From Mobula hypostoma (lineage: Eukaryota), in the NCBI RefSeq assembly GCF_963921235.1, contig NC_086108.1, forward strand, positions 103,170,001 to 103,234,000: a stretch of DNA of 64,000 nucleotides, written 5' to 3'. The notes under the pieces are model-generated. The model ran no database searches, was not told the DNA's origin, and was given only the letters and a program-made list of their open reading frames with translations. The position numbers and the translations under genes were made by a program. Shown here piece after piece: positions 61,930-64,000 of the stretch. Position 1 is the first letter of the stretch. Each line of letters starts with the position of its first letter.

Positions 61930-62600
61930 AACCATAAGATATAGGAACAGAATGAGGCCATTCAGCCCATCAAGCCTGTTCCACCATTTGATCATGGCTG
62001 ATTTACATATTTTCCCTCTCAACCTCATCCTCCTTCCTACTCCCCATAACCTCTTAACATCCTTACGAATCAAGAACCCATCAAACTCCAATTTAAATAC
62101 ACCCAATGACTTGACCTCCACAGCCAATTGTACCAATGAATTCTACAGATTCGCCACCCTCTGGCTAAGGAAATTCCTTCTCATCTCTGTTCTAAAGGGA
62201 CTTCCTTCTATTATCAGCTGGTCCCTCCAGACTCTCTATTACAGCAAACATTCTCTCCACATCCATACTATCAAGACCTTTCAATATTCAATAGGTTTCA
62301 ATGAGATCCCACCTCATTCTTCTAAACTCCAAAAAGTACAGGCCCAGGACCATCAAGTCCTCTTCATACGCTTAAACTCCTCCATTCTTGGGGCCATTCT
62401 CATGAACCTCCTCTGGACCCTCTCCAATGCCAGCACATACTTTCATGATAAGGGGCCCAAAACTGCTCATAATACTCTAAATACAGTCTGGCAAATGCTT
62501 TAGAAAGCCTCAGCATTACATCCTTGTTTTTATATTCTAGTTATCTGAAAATGAATGTCAATATTGCATTTTTTTTTTCTTGCTACTAGCTCAACCTGGA
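61930..62600 (-). mobile_element. CR1 3' fragment immediately downstream of the PIGK exon 5 donor
   Basis: Reverse-strand homolog of the CR1 RT C-terminus and 3' UTR (compare 31900-32520). Confidence 0.8.
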
Positions 62601-62635
62601 TGGTGTTTGTATTCTACCACCATCATCACACTTAC

Positions 62636-62747
62636 CAGTCATGTAGATGAGAATGTTGCTTCTGTCATCTGAAAGCAAACGCTTGGATCGGGGAGTACTG
62701 GGAGGCAGACGTCCCGTTAACACCCGCAAGAAGTTTTCAACGGTAAC
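62636..62747 (-). CDS. PIGK: PIGK coding exon (equivalent to human exon 5), 112 bp
   Basis: Minus strand reads VTVENFLRVLTGRLPPSTPRSKRLLSDDRSNILIYMT(G), nearly identical to vertebrate PIGK/GPI8. CAG acceptor and GTAAG donor; ends in phase 1. Confidence 0.96.
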
Positions 62748-64000
62748 CTGAGAATAAAGCACAAGTAATTGAAGACAATGTTTTCCACAGTGTCCAGGTC
62801 AACGCCCTCCATTCAACCAACACTGATGAGGGGTCTCAACCCAAAACAATGACTTTTTATTCCCCTCCGTAGATGCTGCCTGACCTGCTGAGTTCCTCCA
62901 GCATTTTGTGTGTGCTGCTCTGGATCTCGTTCAGAGTTCAAAGTAAATTTATTATCAAAGTACACATACATCACCATATGCAGCCCTGAGATAAATTTTC
63001 TCTCCGGCATTCACAGTAAATTCAAAGAAACAACAGAATCAATGAAAAACTGAATACAAGACAAGACAACAAACTCCGCAAATACAAAAAAGAAAAACAA
63101 AATAATAATAAACAAACAAGCAATCAATATCGAGAACATGAGACGAAGAGTCCTTGAGAGCGAGTTCATTGGCCGTGTGTGGGAACAGTTCAGTGTAGGG
63201 ATGAGGGAAGTAATTCCCACTGATTCAGGATCCTGATGGTTGAGGGTAATAATTGCTCGTATACTTTTAGCCAACACTTCAGAAATCAAGTCCTGTGATC
63301 ATTTCAGTGTTGTATACAGGATATAGGGATTGTTTGGTCTTTATATCCATTTACTGAGGATTCACTGAACTGAGGAGGGAATTAAGAGTGGACGACATAG
63401 TTGCATCTGGAGGTAATTATGGGCAGACTGGATAATTGTGGTAGATTTCCATTCTTGAAGGATTTTACTAAACCACTTTTGGTTTTTCAACTGCCTAGAA
63501 CCACTGAACCCCAAACAAAACACTCAACACAAATTGTGATCGGTACAGAGTGTCCCCTTGTGCCATCAATTCACCACCCTCTTGCTAAAGAACTTCCACC
63601 TCATCTCTGTCCCGAGACAGTGCCCTCTGCTTCGAGATTCCCCCACACCCTCTCAACATCCTCTCTGTCTAGGCCTCTCAATATTCAGTAAGTAAGGGAA
63701 GTGCACATCCTCTCCCATGTCAAGAAACCACCTGGGTCTAATTAAGTTTCAGTTTTCAAAACTCGGGCCAATTTGGGAACGGATGGAGTAAATTCTGATA
63801 AATACCTCTCTAATCTTCCGAGGCAATTAAAATTAGTCCAGGAGTTCCCTCTTTCACCCATCATCATTAACAGGTACTACTCTTTTGTAGAAAGTGAATT
63901 CAGCCCAGCAAGAACTCACGGAGGAATAAAATTGAAAATTTGCTCAAATTATTTCAAAGCAAGCCCCCAAAGCTAATACGAGAGGAAACAATTTTAAGGT

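Noticed and set aside
61952..62503. 183 aa plus-strand ORF near PIGK exon 5
   Set aside because: Antisense frame of a CR1 3' fragment.

Overview
Vertebrate genomic DNA, probably from a cartilaginous fish (ray/shark). That assignment is inferred from the repeat content (CR1 LINEs, V-SINEs, Penelope-type termini) and is not proven. The window lies inside one host gene on the minus strand, PIGK (GPI-anchor transamidase catalytic subunit, GPI8). Five coding exons are present (62636-62747, 59379-59475, 57168-57285, 55946-56056, 29270-29442). They have GT-AG boundaries and compatible phases, and they include the His/Cys catalytic dyad. I could not find the upstream or the last exons here. The rest is transposon-rich intron, and most six-frame ORFs are repeat fragments or noise. 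Highlights: (1) a 4.9 kb Gmr1-type Gypsy LTR element with a SCAN-like gag and internally deleted pol, nested in an L1 fragment that is nested in a Rex1/Babar fragment; (2) Penelope-derived palindromes, one with an apparently intact minimal hammerhead ribozyme at 27913-27950; (3) foldback MITEs of mariner and hAT origin; (4) two tRNA SINEs with the same head and different tails. I see no wholly new protein-coding system. Repeat boundaries without TSD/TIR support are approximate.
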